Shown one piece after another: positions 44,439-57,239 of a stretch of DNA of 64,000 bases. Position numbers and translations under genes: made by a program. The notes beneath the pieces were generated by a model, which saw only the letters and a list, made by a program, of their open reading frames with translations, made no database searches and was not told the DNA's origin. The DNA comes from Magallana gigas (Eukaryota): positions 41,726,001 to 41,790,000 of the forward strand of contig NC_088855.1 in assembly GCF_963853765.1 (NCBI RefSeq). Reading direction: 5' to 3'. Each line of letters begins with the position of its first letter. The stretch's first letter is position 1.

Positions 44439-46834
44439 ATCGTCCCGGTAGCTGAGCGCGGCAAGCGTTTGTAGATTGTAATGAATTACACCTTTTATTT
44501 GTGTATACCATTGGTATTTAATTTCTTGGGTTATATAGTTATCAAATGTTTACAAGTCACCTGAAAATAAATTAAGAGAGAGTAGCGATAAATAATGGCA
44601 GCGACAATATATTCAATACATTAGGAGACCGGCGTTTAGGAGCTTATAAAGGGTGAAAGATTCCGGCGAGTGCTGGTATGTTTGAAATCGGGTTGTTTTA
44701 TGTCAAATGCTTTTCAAATAGGGAACTGATTATCTTATGTATACTGCACACACACCAAGATTTCCCGCCTCAATGCGATTTGATAATTAATATCATTAAA
44801 GCTCCCCATTATCAATTCTACTTTTATTGAAATGGTGCAGCTCTTTTCACTACCTATAGAACCTTTGTTTGTTGGGCTATAACGCGATAGATAAAAAGTT
44901 CTTTTGTTCTCACTCTAGTATATATACCCCCTTGGAAGTAAAAACACTTTTTTTTTGAAAGATTAAAATCAGATCTGAATGCATTATTAATACAGCTGTC
45001 AGTGCGTGGTATATATAGGCGCTTTAAATTTAAACAAATGAGATCCGACGAGACTTCAAAAAATCTTGACAGAATATCATATATGAATGTAATGAAAAGA
45101 TACCGCTGATGAAAGAGGAGACAAGTCACTAACGCTATCCTCTTTTATAAAACAGGATTTATGTTTTGTTAAAACCATCAGACAGTGCGATGGTTTGTCT
45201 TGTTTTGGTATAGTTGTGCATTTGGAGTGTGTGTGGGGAGTGGGGTGGGGGTGGGGTGGAGGAGACAAGGGAACGAGTAAGAGTCTTTCCTAGGAACACC
45301 ATGTAGATATACAACAATTTTCTCTGAATTTGTCCTTGTCGTTTTGAATATTTTCCATTCACAAGTCTTCCAGACAAACACCTCTACATTGCCAATGACG
45401 GTTGGTATATTCACTATGACATGCGGGAGAGTGTAAAGGTCTTTGCTTATTTGGACCCTTGCTATCATGCGAAGTGTTTTTATTTTTTTAGATTTCGACA
45501 GAGGATGATTATTACATGGTTACGAAGATGGACATCAAAGCAGCCAATTTCCGGTACAAGAATTCGTTGTATCCGCGTGCAAAATCGCCCAAATTGCAAT
45601 CGACAAATCTGGCGATCTTTCTCCGGGGCCACTACTAAATTGTGCTGCGATTCCATAGATCTTTTTTTCTGGATATTGTATTCTTGTAGTTGAGTCTGTA
45701 GTTTGGGGGGGGGGGGGGTATTGGTTTAACAATTTAAGTTGTCTTGGGGTATTGGTCTGTCACGTGTCACGTTTCGTTACCGTACGCGTTGGATAGAGTA
45801 TATATAACGATTCAACAAATATAACAGCAAATTGCTGTTTGAACATTTGTTCGTCAAAAACCGACAGATGGTCCCATCTTCCCTTAAACGACAGTTACGA
45901 CACCAATCGGGGTTTACAGCAGGATGATACAACTTACAGGCTAATGTCTCCTCCACATATTAGGAAACAATCATGTTGTCTATACTACTGGTCCATTTCG
46001 ATTATGAAACCGAATTTTTTTTAATAAGATACTTCTACTTGTACTTACAAAAGACTTTACCATATGATCAACAACAACTGCAGTATACAGTTTTTAATTA
46101 ACAGCATTCTAAACAGAACCTGATAAGATAGTGTTAAGCTCTTCAGTCTATAAAAAAGTCACTTCTTGATCGCTTATTTATAGTATTTTGTAGGTTCCTT
46201 TACTTACTTTATCGATATAATCGATGAAAGATTCAAAAACAGGTGTATAGAAGATTTTTGGTGATCATTTTGGCATCTAATATCTTGGAATTAGTGCTTT
46301 TAAATGTTTAAGAAGGTAACAATATACTAGTACACATGTATATGCATTTAACTTTTTTGGTATTACTATTTGGCATCAAGATTTGGTTTGAACGTATTTT
46401 ATTGTTAGGTGATGGTAACAAAGAGATAAGGCTCAATCAATTTCTGTAAACATAGAACGGCTTTTCCCATTTCTGACAGCATCATATGCTTAGCATCCAG
46501 GTCTACCGTCCATCTTTATTGTGTAAACGTTGTTTTGGCAAAGCGGGAATTCAACGTGAAAACTCTTAAGCAACAAGAGATTTGACTTTTTGAGAGCTGA
46601 AGTGTTTAGAAACATGTTGTATCATATTGCCCTGCATAATTAGATCCACCTACATGTATTCAGGAACAAGCCATAAATTTTCTGTTGTATAATGGAACAT
46701 AGAGCTCTATACAATTCTGCCTGTCAACCAGTGCTAGTAAATACTAATTGACGACATGGTGCTCTCCGGTCAACTAGACTGAGATGGGAACCGTAACAAG
46801 TTATGGAATTTACTTACACACCCTGCAGCCCCAG

Positions 46835-46842
<8 letters not shown>

Positions 46843-46887
<45 letters not shown>
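46843..46887. repeat. (CT)n microsatellite preceded by poly-C
   Basis: About 22 CT units seen directly. Confidence 0.95.
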
Positions 46888-46891
<4 letters not shown>

Positions 46892-47826
46892 AAAGTATTA
46901 ATTTTGCAGAGTAGAATCACACACTTTGTTTACTTTTACATGTATTTTATGACCAGTTAGAGTTTTATCTATAGTTTCGCCAGGCATCATCACGCATCTA
47001 TTGTAACTGCTGTCAATTTTGATTTATAGTTTGTTTGTAATTGATTAATAACTAATGGTAAAGATGATCCCAGGGGCATATTCTTAAGACTGTGTACATA
47101 TTATGTCATTACTTTTTAAAAATTCCATAACCAGTTTGACAAAGCATTGGACACCTCAGTGACGTTCGAATAAGCTGAAGTAACGACTCGGGGGAAATCT
47201 TGTATAATAATTGATACTTTGTACAATTTTTCCAGTTGAAGAATCAGATGTACTTTAAATTCAATTTGCAAGGATGTGATTATGTAGATAGTTAAAGCTA
47301 AAAGCCAGGTGACATTAGCGTGGATGCGATAGATAATCAGATTTACTGTACGGAGTTTTGGTACCAATCGCGCGCCGTCACTTTCCCACACGCTCAGGTG
47401 TTTTCCGACAGTTTGTTTACCTGGCCATATGGACGCACAAATCTACTACAATATTTTACATGCTGTCGTGAACAACAAAATCAGGTAAATGGGTTCATCA
47501 ATCACGATTTCGATCGTAGTTTTTAAACATAAAAAAAATAATTATTAGCTGCCAGTTAAAGAATTAAGTGTTCTTGCTTCAAGAACAATAAAAATCGATG
47601 CCTTTCGTCCTTTCTTAGGTAATCATCTAATCAGCGCTTGCCCCGTAGCAGAGGACATCAATTGAGCTGCCATTACATCAGAACGGTGAAGTGGTTATAG
47701 TGGTTCTATCTTGGGCAAGTATTACTCAGAATTTGTTATAAATTAACAAAATGAGATGATAATCAGGTACATTGACATCATCGCGTCTATTTCTTTCCGG
47801 CATTTCCAGCGTTTGAAACATGCCAA

Positions 47827-50800
47827 ATGGCTGATTACAGGTTTGACACGCAAGTTCCCTCACCCAGTGAATACGGGGACGTGGAGGATTACTGTGTGAG
47901 TGGGGACAATATGGCGGACACCCCGGGGGTCAGGGAGGAGGGGGGTTACCCGGGGGAGGAGGAAGAAGAGATGGATGTGTTTGCCCAGCTGGAACAGAAA
48001 GAGAAGGATCTAAGGCTGGCTGCGGAGTTAGGGAAAGCCTTGTTGGAGAAAAATGAGGAACTTGAGATTAAAAATGGACAAATTATTGAGGAGTTTGCTC
48101 AGAAAATGGAGGTAAGGCCATTGAGTTTAGTGTTATTGATTAAGGGTTTATTGTTGTGTCATCTTGCATTTCCCCTGTTTATGTATTGTATATTTATTGA
48201 TTTCTCTTTTATTATTCTAAACACCAGATTTAATCAAATGCGAATTTGCTTTTTTATCTCTCACTACAAAAGAAAAATCCCAGAATAAATGAAAACGAAA
48301 GGTTAATTATTTTTGATGATTTTTGATCTATTGTCATTTATGGTCTAATTAAAGACAAAGAGACACTATAGATGATAGAAACTCTTTGGTCTGGCATTAT
48401 TGTCTGGCTTTTGTAATGCTCTCATTATCACTTTCATATCATATCCCATATCACAATAGTCTGCCTCCTGCTTGGTTTCCCCTACACTGTTTGATGTCGA
48501 CCTAAGCCTATATTTGCTTTCTATGCCTTATTTTTAAGGATGAACTTTGTTTATTTACAATATGCGGTACATCATCTGAAAAGTCACAATTATGTTATAT
48601 TGAACTTCCTTGTACATGTTTATACATTAATGTACATGCATGTATATAGATGCATATTGAGGAAATTGTTTGAAGCCTCAAATTTAGTTCCCCTTTTGAA
48701 CTGGGACACGTACCCTCTGTTTTAGTAAAAAAAAAATTGAAGCCATTGATTCAAAGTAAAAAACTATCACGTAATTGTTATACAATTTGGATAAAAAGCT
48801 AACTAGCTAGCCCCCCCCCCCCCCCCCCAGTCTTTGAACAAAATATTATACAGTATTTAGATATACACCTATATATTAATTAATCTCATGGGCATAGGCA
48901 AGATAATTTTTCAGCAGTAAATGTATTGATCTCAGTATTGCTTGTTAGAGGAAATGGCATATGTAGACTTAGGGGATTTTCTGTTATGCATTATTACTCA
49001 GTATATCTGACCTTAATCCGACTTCAATATCTTCACAAGTTTTGTTTTCTGAATTTGAGATTCTTATTCCATAATGATACCCTGAAAAAAGGAATGCAAG
49101 TAATATATGATCAAAAAATGTTATTTTTGTTAGGAGTTAGAACAAGAGAAGTATGAGCTGTTTCTACGTTTGGAGAAGAAGGAGTCGGAATACGAGAACA
49201 CGATTAAGGAGCTCCAGTATGACATTAGTCAGCTGAGAGAAGAGCTCCAATCCCATCAGCAGCAGGGGTCAACAAGGGTCAAGGAGAGCTCCATGGCGAT
49301 AAGGGAGCTAACTCTTCAAAACGAGCGACTGACAGAGGATATGAGGGTAGCCACATTGAGGGAGGAGGAACTAGAGGCAGAGAACCAGACCCTGAGGGAG
49401 AAAATCTCAGCAAGGAGTTCATCCATGCATGCTCATGTTGGACAGCTTGAACATCTGCAACAAGAGGTAGGACAGTTACCGGTATATACTAGTATATGTA
49501 ACCTTTGAAGATGAAATGCCCTAATTATTGCCCCTGCTTATTGGTTGAGGGAGTTAGACAGAAATGTCATTGTTTGCATGCATAGTCCCTCTATAATTTT
49601 TTTATACTATATGTATCTACATGAAGCCTAACTTTTAATGCAGTTTTAAATTTGTTACATGTATAGCTACATGTATATTTACTGATGTAATCAGTATTGA
49701 AATACTAAAGTGAAAATTTCCTCTTTTATCATAACAGATTGTTAACAACAGGCCATTTGGAAAAACATAAATTTTATAAACAATATTGTAAAAAAGCACT
49801 TTACTCTTTTAAAAGGAAACCACAAATATATTGCATTGCCATATGCAGTATACATGTACTTCTTTCTTTGGATGGCCTTGGTTAGTTGATTCTCCTTGAT
49901 TTTCAGTGGTCATTGGGTTCATGTACCTCTTAAATATACAATATACATGAAAGGTTGAAACTTTACACCATATTCTTTATCCTGATTTAACGTCAATTGC
50001 ATTCAACATTTTCAAATGAATTATTTCTGGCTGAAAATTATCTCCCTTTTCAGAGAGGTCTTGATACCTTGATTAGTACCAATAAATAGTCACCATATAT
50101 AAAGGTAATGATGACTAATAGACAAAATAAAGATAGTCGTAAACCTAGAGATGGTACAGAGATATTTTCCAACCATTAATAAAAATGATAAAGGTTTTCA
50201 TTATCAATGCTTTAAGATCTGTGAGATGAAGGAGCCATGCCATGCAGTCATATGGAAGAATGATAATTTGATCCTGCGCAACATATTAATTTAAACCTAG
50301 CTCTTTATATAAAACTTCTGTTTTGTTCCAGTCAATTAATTATTCATATTTAAAGATGATGAAAAGAAATTGATTCTGACAGCTATAAAGTTAGAATTTT
50401 TTTTGTTCAAATTAAATTGAGACTGCATGCATGTGGTTATCCTTAGGATTGAAGGCATATATGTTACATGGGGTACTATAACTCCACTACTAGGCTTTTT
50501 ATTTTGGAGAGGGTTAATATCTACAGGCTATGTCTCTTACCTTTAAGTTTAAAAAGTAATTAATGGGGTACTTCTATATAAGGGCAAATACAAGTTTACA
50601 GATCGCGATATATATGTACATGTATTAATTAAAGTAATAAATTTTCTGAACAAGAGTTGGCATTCAATTGATATACCCCACATTATATGCATGAATCAGT
50701 GTTAGAGCAGACACACTAGAATAAGATCAAGGAGCGATAGCTGTGAGAGTTTGAATGCAAATAAATGTTAACACTTCAGCCTGAAATTGCAAAAGGTAAA

Positions 50801-53800
50801 TGTCATGTACCGTAATAAAAAGTGATTATCTCCAGTCAATATCCTTCGCAATCCAGACATTTTTTATCCATGTCTTCATCGAGTCAAGGCACTCCTGAGA
50901 ATGGAAATGGTAACAACAAAATTACACCAGACTAATTGCTTTCCAATTCCGTTATGGAAATGAGAGATCAGGATATTGCATGGCTCTAAGCCTAAAAAGT
51001 CTGTGGCAAAAACGTTTGCATTTGATCAAACACGGGAAAGGAAGGACATTTGCAGAATTCTATGGAAAAATGACTGACTGTTAAATATTGTTTTTCAGAT
51101 TAATGAGCTGCGATCCAAGCGACAGGAACTGGAGAAGAGACACAGCATTGTTCTGGAGGAGAAGCATGCACTGACCTGTAGCCTGGAGGAATCGCAGGAA
51201 CGAATTCTCATGTTGGAAAAATCAAAAAGGGATATTGAACAAACTGTAAGCTGGATTTTAAAGTACATGTACAAACAAAAAAATTATCAGTTTGAATACA
51301 AAGCATATTTAAATTCAAACTCATTATAAGCAGCCCCTATTTTTATACCCCTGCTCCGAAGGAGAAGGGGAAAATTATACTGTTTTACCCTTGTGTGTGT
51401 GCCTGTCTGTCTGTCTGTTCGTTGGTAACAAAAATTTCTGTCGCATTTTTCTCAGCAACTTTTTATCGCATTTGCTTGAAATTTTAACCCACTATTGTGG
51501 AATCATTAGATTTTTGTGGTGGCTCCATATTCGTGATATTCGTGGGTATACCTCTCATCCACGAATTAACTTCCTCCATGAATTAATAAATCAAGGCAAT
51601 AAAGTCATATTTCCTTTCGTAAGTATACGAGAATACACGAAGTTACGTCCCCAGGAACCAGTAAAATTTAAGCAATCCACGAAAATTTGCCCCCACAAAT
51701 TTTTTATGATTCCACAGTATTTGTTTAGGCATGCCATATTGTGGGATATATTTTTGTGCTTATTAGACATAAACTTCCTGTTAAATGACACCTTTGTTTA
51801 TTTTTAGCCTAAATTTTCAAACAAATTTTCATCAAAGATTTCTCAGCAACTATTTATCGCAGATGCTTGAAATTTTAACACACTATTTGTTTAGGCATGC
51901 CATATCATTGAATATATATTTGTACCAATCGGATATCAACTTTCTGTTAAATGACAACTTGTTTATTTTTAGCCTAAATTTTCAAACAAGTTTTCGTCAA
52001 AAATCTCTTATCAGCTATTTATCGCAGATGCTTAAAATTTTAACACACTATTGTTTAGGCATGCCATATTGTGATATATATTTTTGTACCAATTGGATGC
52101 CAACTCTCTGTTAAATGTTGACTTTGCTTATTTTGCGTATTCACATCAGAGCGGGAGTATCACTAGTTTGCTAGCTATAGTGAGCTTTGGCTCACAGATA
52201 TCTTGTTTGTCGAAAGTTTTAAATAAAAAAAATATATCTTGCTCTTTATGGTTAAATAAAAAGAAACTGTTAGAAATGTGTATTTCAGATGTTCTAAGGT
52301 ATCTGATTGGGTTACTTAAGGAAGGGAAAGGTCTAAATATAATGATAAAGTTTGTTTTCCTGTTGTCAATAGACTATTTTGTGGTTGTTGCTGAAAATAA
52401 GTTCCGATGGTAGGCAATCTTTTCCAACCAACAACTTCAGATTGCAAATTCTTGATTGTACCTACAAGTTCTTGATCACTGCAAAACACTAATACAATAT
52501 CAATAATCCAGCGTTGTATATTCACTGTGTCTGGGCGTCTAAATCCTAATTGTGCTCATTAGTATAGCCTTTAGGAATTCAGGCTAGTGAAAAAATCGCT
52601 TTTTTAGAAAAGTCTGAGAAAATTGCACAAATTGGGAGCTGACGGCAGCAAATAAAAAATATTTAGCAGACCAAAAACTGGATAATGACTGGTGTCATTA
52701 GTTTGGAAATTATACTACATCTGTCAAAAAAAAACCAATTAAAAAGGATTTCTTTTGTGTCAGAAAAAAAAAAATGATAAAGAAAAGAGCTTTTAGAGGT
52801 TCTTGACTTGCACTGAATTCTGTTATCAGTATATATCCTTTTTTTTAAAGTACGGTACAATTAATATGATCTCTTTGGTGAATTTAAAGAAAAATACAAT
52901 ATTATAAATGATTTTGTCAACTTAATTTTCAGATGTAAATAGATGATGCACAATTTATGAGTGGAGTCCTTTTGTCTCCTTGATTAATGATATCAAACTG
53001 AAAATTGATTTTGTCTAAATAATTACAGACTTGCATTAAGTAAATGTCAGGATTAATATTGAATATTGATTGCAAGTTGTACGTGTTCATTCTCAGCCAG
53101 CAAAGCTTTTTTTTTTTATCAAATTGACCCATTGTGATGACAGCTGTGTTCTCAAGAGGGAGGTTATTTAATGAAATGCGTAACTTTTTCATGTATTGAA
53201 TACCTAAAGTACATCCAAGGGGAGTTACAGTAATTTTGTTAATGTAATTTTATGAATAAACATGCAATCATGGGGATTTAAAGACATATATATCAGTATA
53301 CAATTGTGTATTCTATGGCATAGAAACCCCAGATAAATATATGTACTGTTATTAATATGATAATTGAATGTATATCTGATGGGTTATCAGAGTACGTTTA
53401 ATAAATGTATTTCTTAATGAACCTGTTTGATTTCCGTTCAAAATGTTTTGAACCTTTTTTAATTTTGTTAACATGCAATGAACTGGTTTGGTTTCTATTC
53501 ATTGAGAAATCTCCCTGTTCAATTTTTGTTCAGTGTATAATGAACCTGTCTGTATTGTAGATCCAGACTGTTCAATATGAAATGAACCTTTTCGATTTTA
53601 GTTCAATGCCAGAAAAGCCTGTTTGATTTCTTTTCAGTAGTTTAAAATGAACCTGTCTGCTTAATTCAATAACTAATTAACTTGTCTGATTTGTTCAATA
53701 ATCCCCAGATTGGGCGATGAACCCTTCTGATTTGTTTAATAACTAATGATATAACCCTGTCTGATTTGTTCATTACTCCATTACCCTGTGTGATTTATTC

Positions 53801-56800
53801 AATAACTAAGGAACTTGTTGGATTTCTAGGTTCAGAACCAGGAGCGGGATATCCTGGAGCTCCAGGAAAACAATGTCCAGCTCCAGGCTCAGCTTCATCA
53901 CATGTCCACAAACCTAGTCACCTCTAGTCACCCCAGTAAAACTCAGTCCCTCTCACTGTTCAGCGAGATATCTCAGATGTCTCCAGATCATATCTCACCT
54001 GTCACATCACCTGACTCATCCAAAACAGTGAGTATATTGACTGTAACACACATTTTTTATATAGTACAAAGAAAAGCATATAGAAATTTAGACTAATCAG
54101 TGAAGTACCATCTAATTTTATATTTTTTTCTCCAGTTTCCTCATGATTCTGATACAAGCGGAGGATCATTCCTTGCCGACCTCATGGAAGAAGACGAGTA
54201 TGAATGCGATGATGACGACATTTACCTTACATCCCCCATTTCACAGCTTCCACTTCATTCCACCCTCTCCGATTCTCAGTTTTTGGAAAACTTCCAGTAT
54301 TCATCTCAACTTTATCATGAAGACAAAGAAGTAATGTCTTATAGCTCTAATGTGGCTAATTTACATGCTGATCTTTATATACATTGAGATTGTTTTGTAA
54401 AAAGGGATTTTTTAATACAATTTTATTCTCTCTATTTTTTTTTCTTCTCAAGTTTCATCAAGAACTAGTCAATGTATATACCCAGTTAAAAGACATGTGT
54501 GCAAGCCTTAGGCATAGAGGAGTGAATATGCAGGATTGTTCCGATTTCACGATGTGTGAAGATATTCGTCCTGGTGTACTGTCCAATTTACTGGAAGAGT
54601 TCAAAGAGCTAATGCAGGATGTTCTCACCTTTAAACCAACAGTAAGACATTTCAAATTTTAATAATTATCTGTAAGATGTATAGAGAGTATAATAGGTAT
54701 ACTTTTATGCTGTATTTAGCCTTGTACAACTAATGAATGAAAAATATTTTTGGTTCATCAGGTGATGGAAGAATCTCAAGTGTGTTTGGATGGTGAAGAT
54801 CTTGTATCCGTCTCAGAGCTCAGTAAACACATCAGTGATCTAAAGGATGATCTCAGAGGTGCTCAAGGTGATCTTGATCGGCTCAAACAAGAGATGACCA
54901 TCAGGGACTCGCAACTTGAACAGAAAACACAGGAGCTTAAGAATCTCACAGGAAAGGTAAAGGTAATTTACTGTTTTTAATATGGCCAGGCCACATTGAA
55001 GTTTAGTTAATTTATTACTCCAGGTAAGTCAATATCAACAACCAAGGTTAAAAAATGGGAAAATTTGGGGATGGAGACCAGTCCTTTTTTTTTTAAATTT
55101 ATTATTCAAAAAATATAAGTCAGTATAGAACGGAATCAATGTGGCCTTGCAATAACACAATTATGAATTGAAGAAATTCATAAAAGTACAAAGTTTGGGT
55201 GGTTCAAGTCATGCTTAAATTGCTTTTGTAGGTGTCTATTTTAGAGGTAAGTTTTGAAATGGTGTGCCTAGTTGTTGTTCTCCATTGATTGTTGTCATAA
55301 ACTATACATGCAGATAAGGATGCTCTGAAAAAAGCGGAAATTTATGCAATATATTTGTTAGAAGCATCTCTTGTGTGTTGTTTGTTTCTTTTGAGTTTCC
55401 TTCCCGCCAGACTTCTTCCTATATATTCAATCAATGAAAATCATCGGTTTCATATATATTTGAAAGATTTTTAAAAAGCATTCATTCAGTATTAATGTCA
55501 CTATATTGGCAGTTATTAAGTTTATAAATATTTTCTGTTTGATAATTTCAGCTATCTTTACAACATGATGCACTCTCAGCTGTTCAACAGGAGAGAGATC
55601 GTTATCACTCCGCACTGCTTAGGGAGGGTTGCATGACTGAACATGAAATCGTACAACAGGCTCGGCAGGAAAGGGACTTTGCAATAGAAAAGTGAGATAC
55701 ATTTACTACAAATTTAGAAGCATGCATGAGTACATGCACTTGGAAGATCACTGTTAGGCTTATCCCTCGAAACAATTAAGAAATAAATCTTGAAAAAATA
55801 AATGATGCATCTTAAACCATTCACTATCTTGAAGTTCATTAATGACCTTGACATTGAGAAGTCCCTTACTTTTGATCTCATCAGAAACCCATGGCCAGTC
55901 TTGGATGCACATGCTGATCATTGGCAGAAAACATTCAGTGACTTAGTCATAGTCTGATGGCATAGGGCAGACTGGCTGTGAGTTTCTGGTGATGAATGAC
56001 AAAGAACAATACATGCTCATTTGAAAATTTATCATATATTTAATAAATAACCTAATTTAATTCTTATTTCAGGAAAAACAAAATGGAAATTCAATTGGCA
56101 GAGTCCAAGTTTGAATTATCATCATTAAGTGATCAATTAATGGAAGCTATTCAGCAAAAGATGGCATTAAGTCAGGAACTTGAACAATGGCAGGTGTGTC
56201 AATTAGATAAATATATTATGGGTGCTTTCCATCAACATTGTCTTGCAAGCAACGTCACTGAGAAACCTTGAAGTTACTGGAATGGTTAGCAACGTCACAT
56301 CGCTCCAACCTGGCATTATAGAATTTGGTACAATGCCAGGATTTCTTTAACTACAATTTGTCCTACTACATGTACAAGGAAATAAATTAAAACAAATAGC
56401 CAAACTCTGTGGACAAAATTTCAAGATAAATATCAGTTTAAAGCTACAATCGTCCTCGCTGGAACGATGTGACGTTGCCAACCATTCCAGTAACTTCAAG
56501 GTTTCTCAGTGACGTTGCTTGCGAGACAGCATTAATGATGACCAAGACGCCATATTGTTTCCTAATCAGCAATGGTAAAATACATTGCCACAATCGCTCG
56601 CCAGCAACCCGCATTTCAGCGATCAATGACGAAGGCAAGACCGGCAAATCCGGCAATGCCGGTTTAATGGAAAGCACCCTATATCTCCAACTACTCATCT
56701 TTGGTAGATGACTCCACTTTTTTTCTAATGCTTATAGACACGTATCGGTTATGGTGTGTATCATACATTAGACCCTTGACATTACTATTTAATGTAAGTA

Positions 56801-57239
56801 TACCATTGTATGTAAATGGTTTTGGTGAATAAATGAATTTGAGCAGAGTGGATCATTAGTTGGGCTAGCAATGATGCTTACCAGTACACGTACCAATTTT
56901 GATCAAACCTCAGGGATATTAATAATACTTACATTGTCTGTATATATCTTGTTAGGAATTCCATCAATATTATTGAAAACATTAAATTTTCATAGCAATA
57001 TCAATATTAAGGCAGTTGTAAACATTATGAATTTGTATTATTTCTGTCTTTTGTATATGTAAATAATATCAATCTTGTTACTTGTTTTTCAGAGTGACAT
57101 GGAACGGTTGTTTGATGTTCATATAGAGAAAACCTTTCAAAATGACAGTAATAGACAAGAAGTTTGCCAAGAGTTGAAAAAGAGCATGCAGGGCATGAGA
57201 AAGTCCAAATCTGCAATAAACTTCACCACCTATCACTAG
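47827..57239 (+). CDS. BICDL1: Bicaudal-D-related dynein cargo adaptor (BICDR-1/CCDC64), ~649 aa
   Basis: Exons 47827-48111, 49134-49466, 51099-51245, 53830-54027, 54136-54330, 54453-54641, 54762-54956, 55552-55691, 56073-56193, 57093-57239, all phase-compatible. CC1 box [21 protein letters not shown] and C-terminal [21 protein letters not shown] match the BICDL1/2 family. Confidence 0.9.
51340..52208 (+). mobile_element. HINE/Helentron-like element with ~166-bp core repeats in BICDL1 intron 3
   Basis: Sub-TIRs TATACCCCTGCTC / GAGCGGGAGTAT; (GTCT)n microsatellite; 3' hairpin GTGAGCTTTGGCTCAC (52180-52195); TTGTTTAGGCATGCC recurs at ~51721, ~51887, ~52052. Confidence 0.75.
51495..51717. mobile_element. 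TA-flanked MITE inserted into the HINE core repeat
   Basis: TA|TTGTGGAATCATT..TGATTCCACAG|TA. The uninterrupted sister monomer reads CACTATTTGTTTAGG, so the TA was duplicated on insertion. Confidence 0.85.
53416..53835. repeat. Degenerate ~30-35-bp minisatellite ending at the BICDL1 exon 4 acceptor
   Basis: Recurrent AATGAACCTGT(C/T)TGATTT..TTCAAT units, about 12 copies. Confidence 0.65.
56220..56679. mobile_element. MITE with an internal 68-bp inverted duplication in BICDL1 intron 9
   Basis: TIR GGGTGCTTTCCAT (56220-56232) / ATGGAAAGCACCC (56667-56679); internal arms 56240-56307 and 56460-56527 are reverse complements with 3 mismatches. Confidence 0.75.

Noticed and set aside
45492-45638. 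FRYKNSLYPRA resembling a fungal N.LYPRA domain motif
   Set aside because: Only about 6 residues match and the downstream conserved block is missing; not enough for a homology call.
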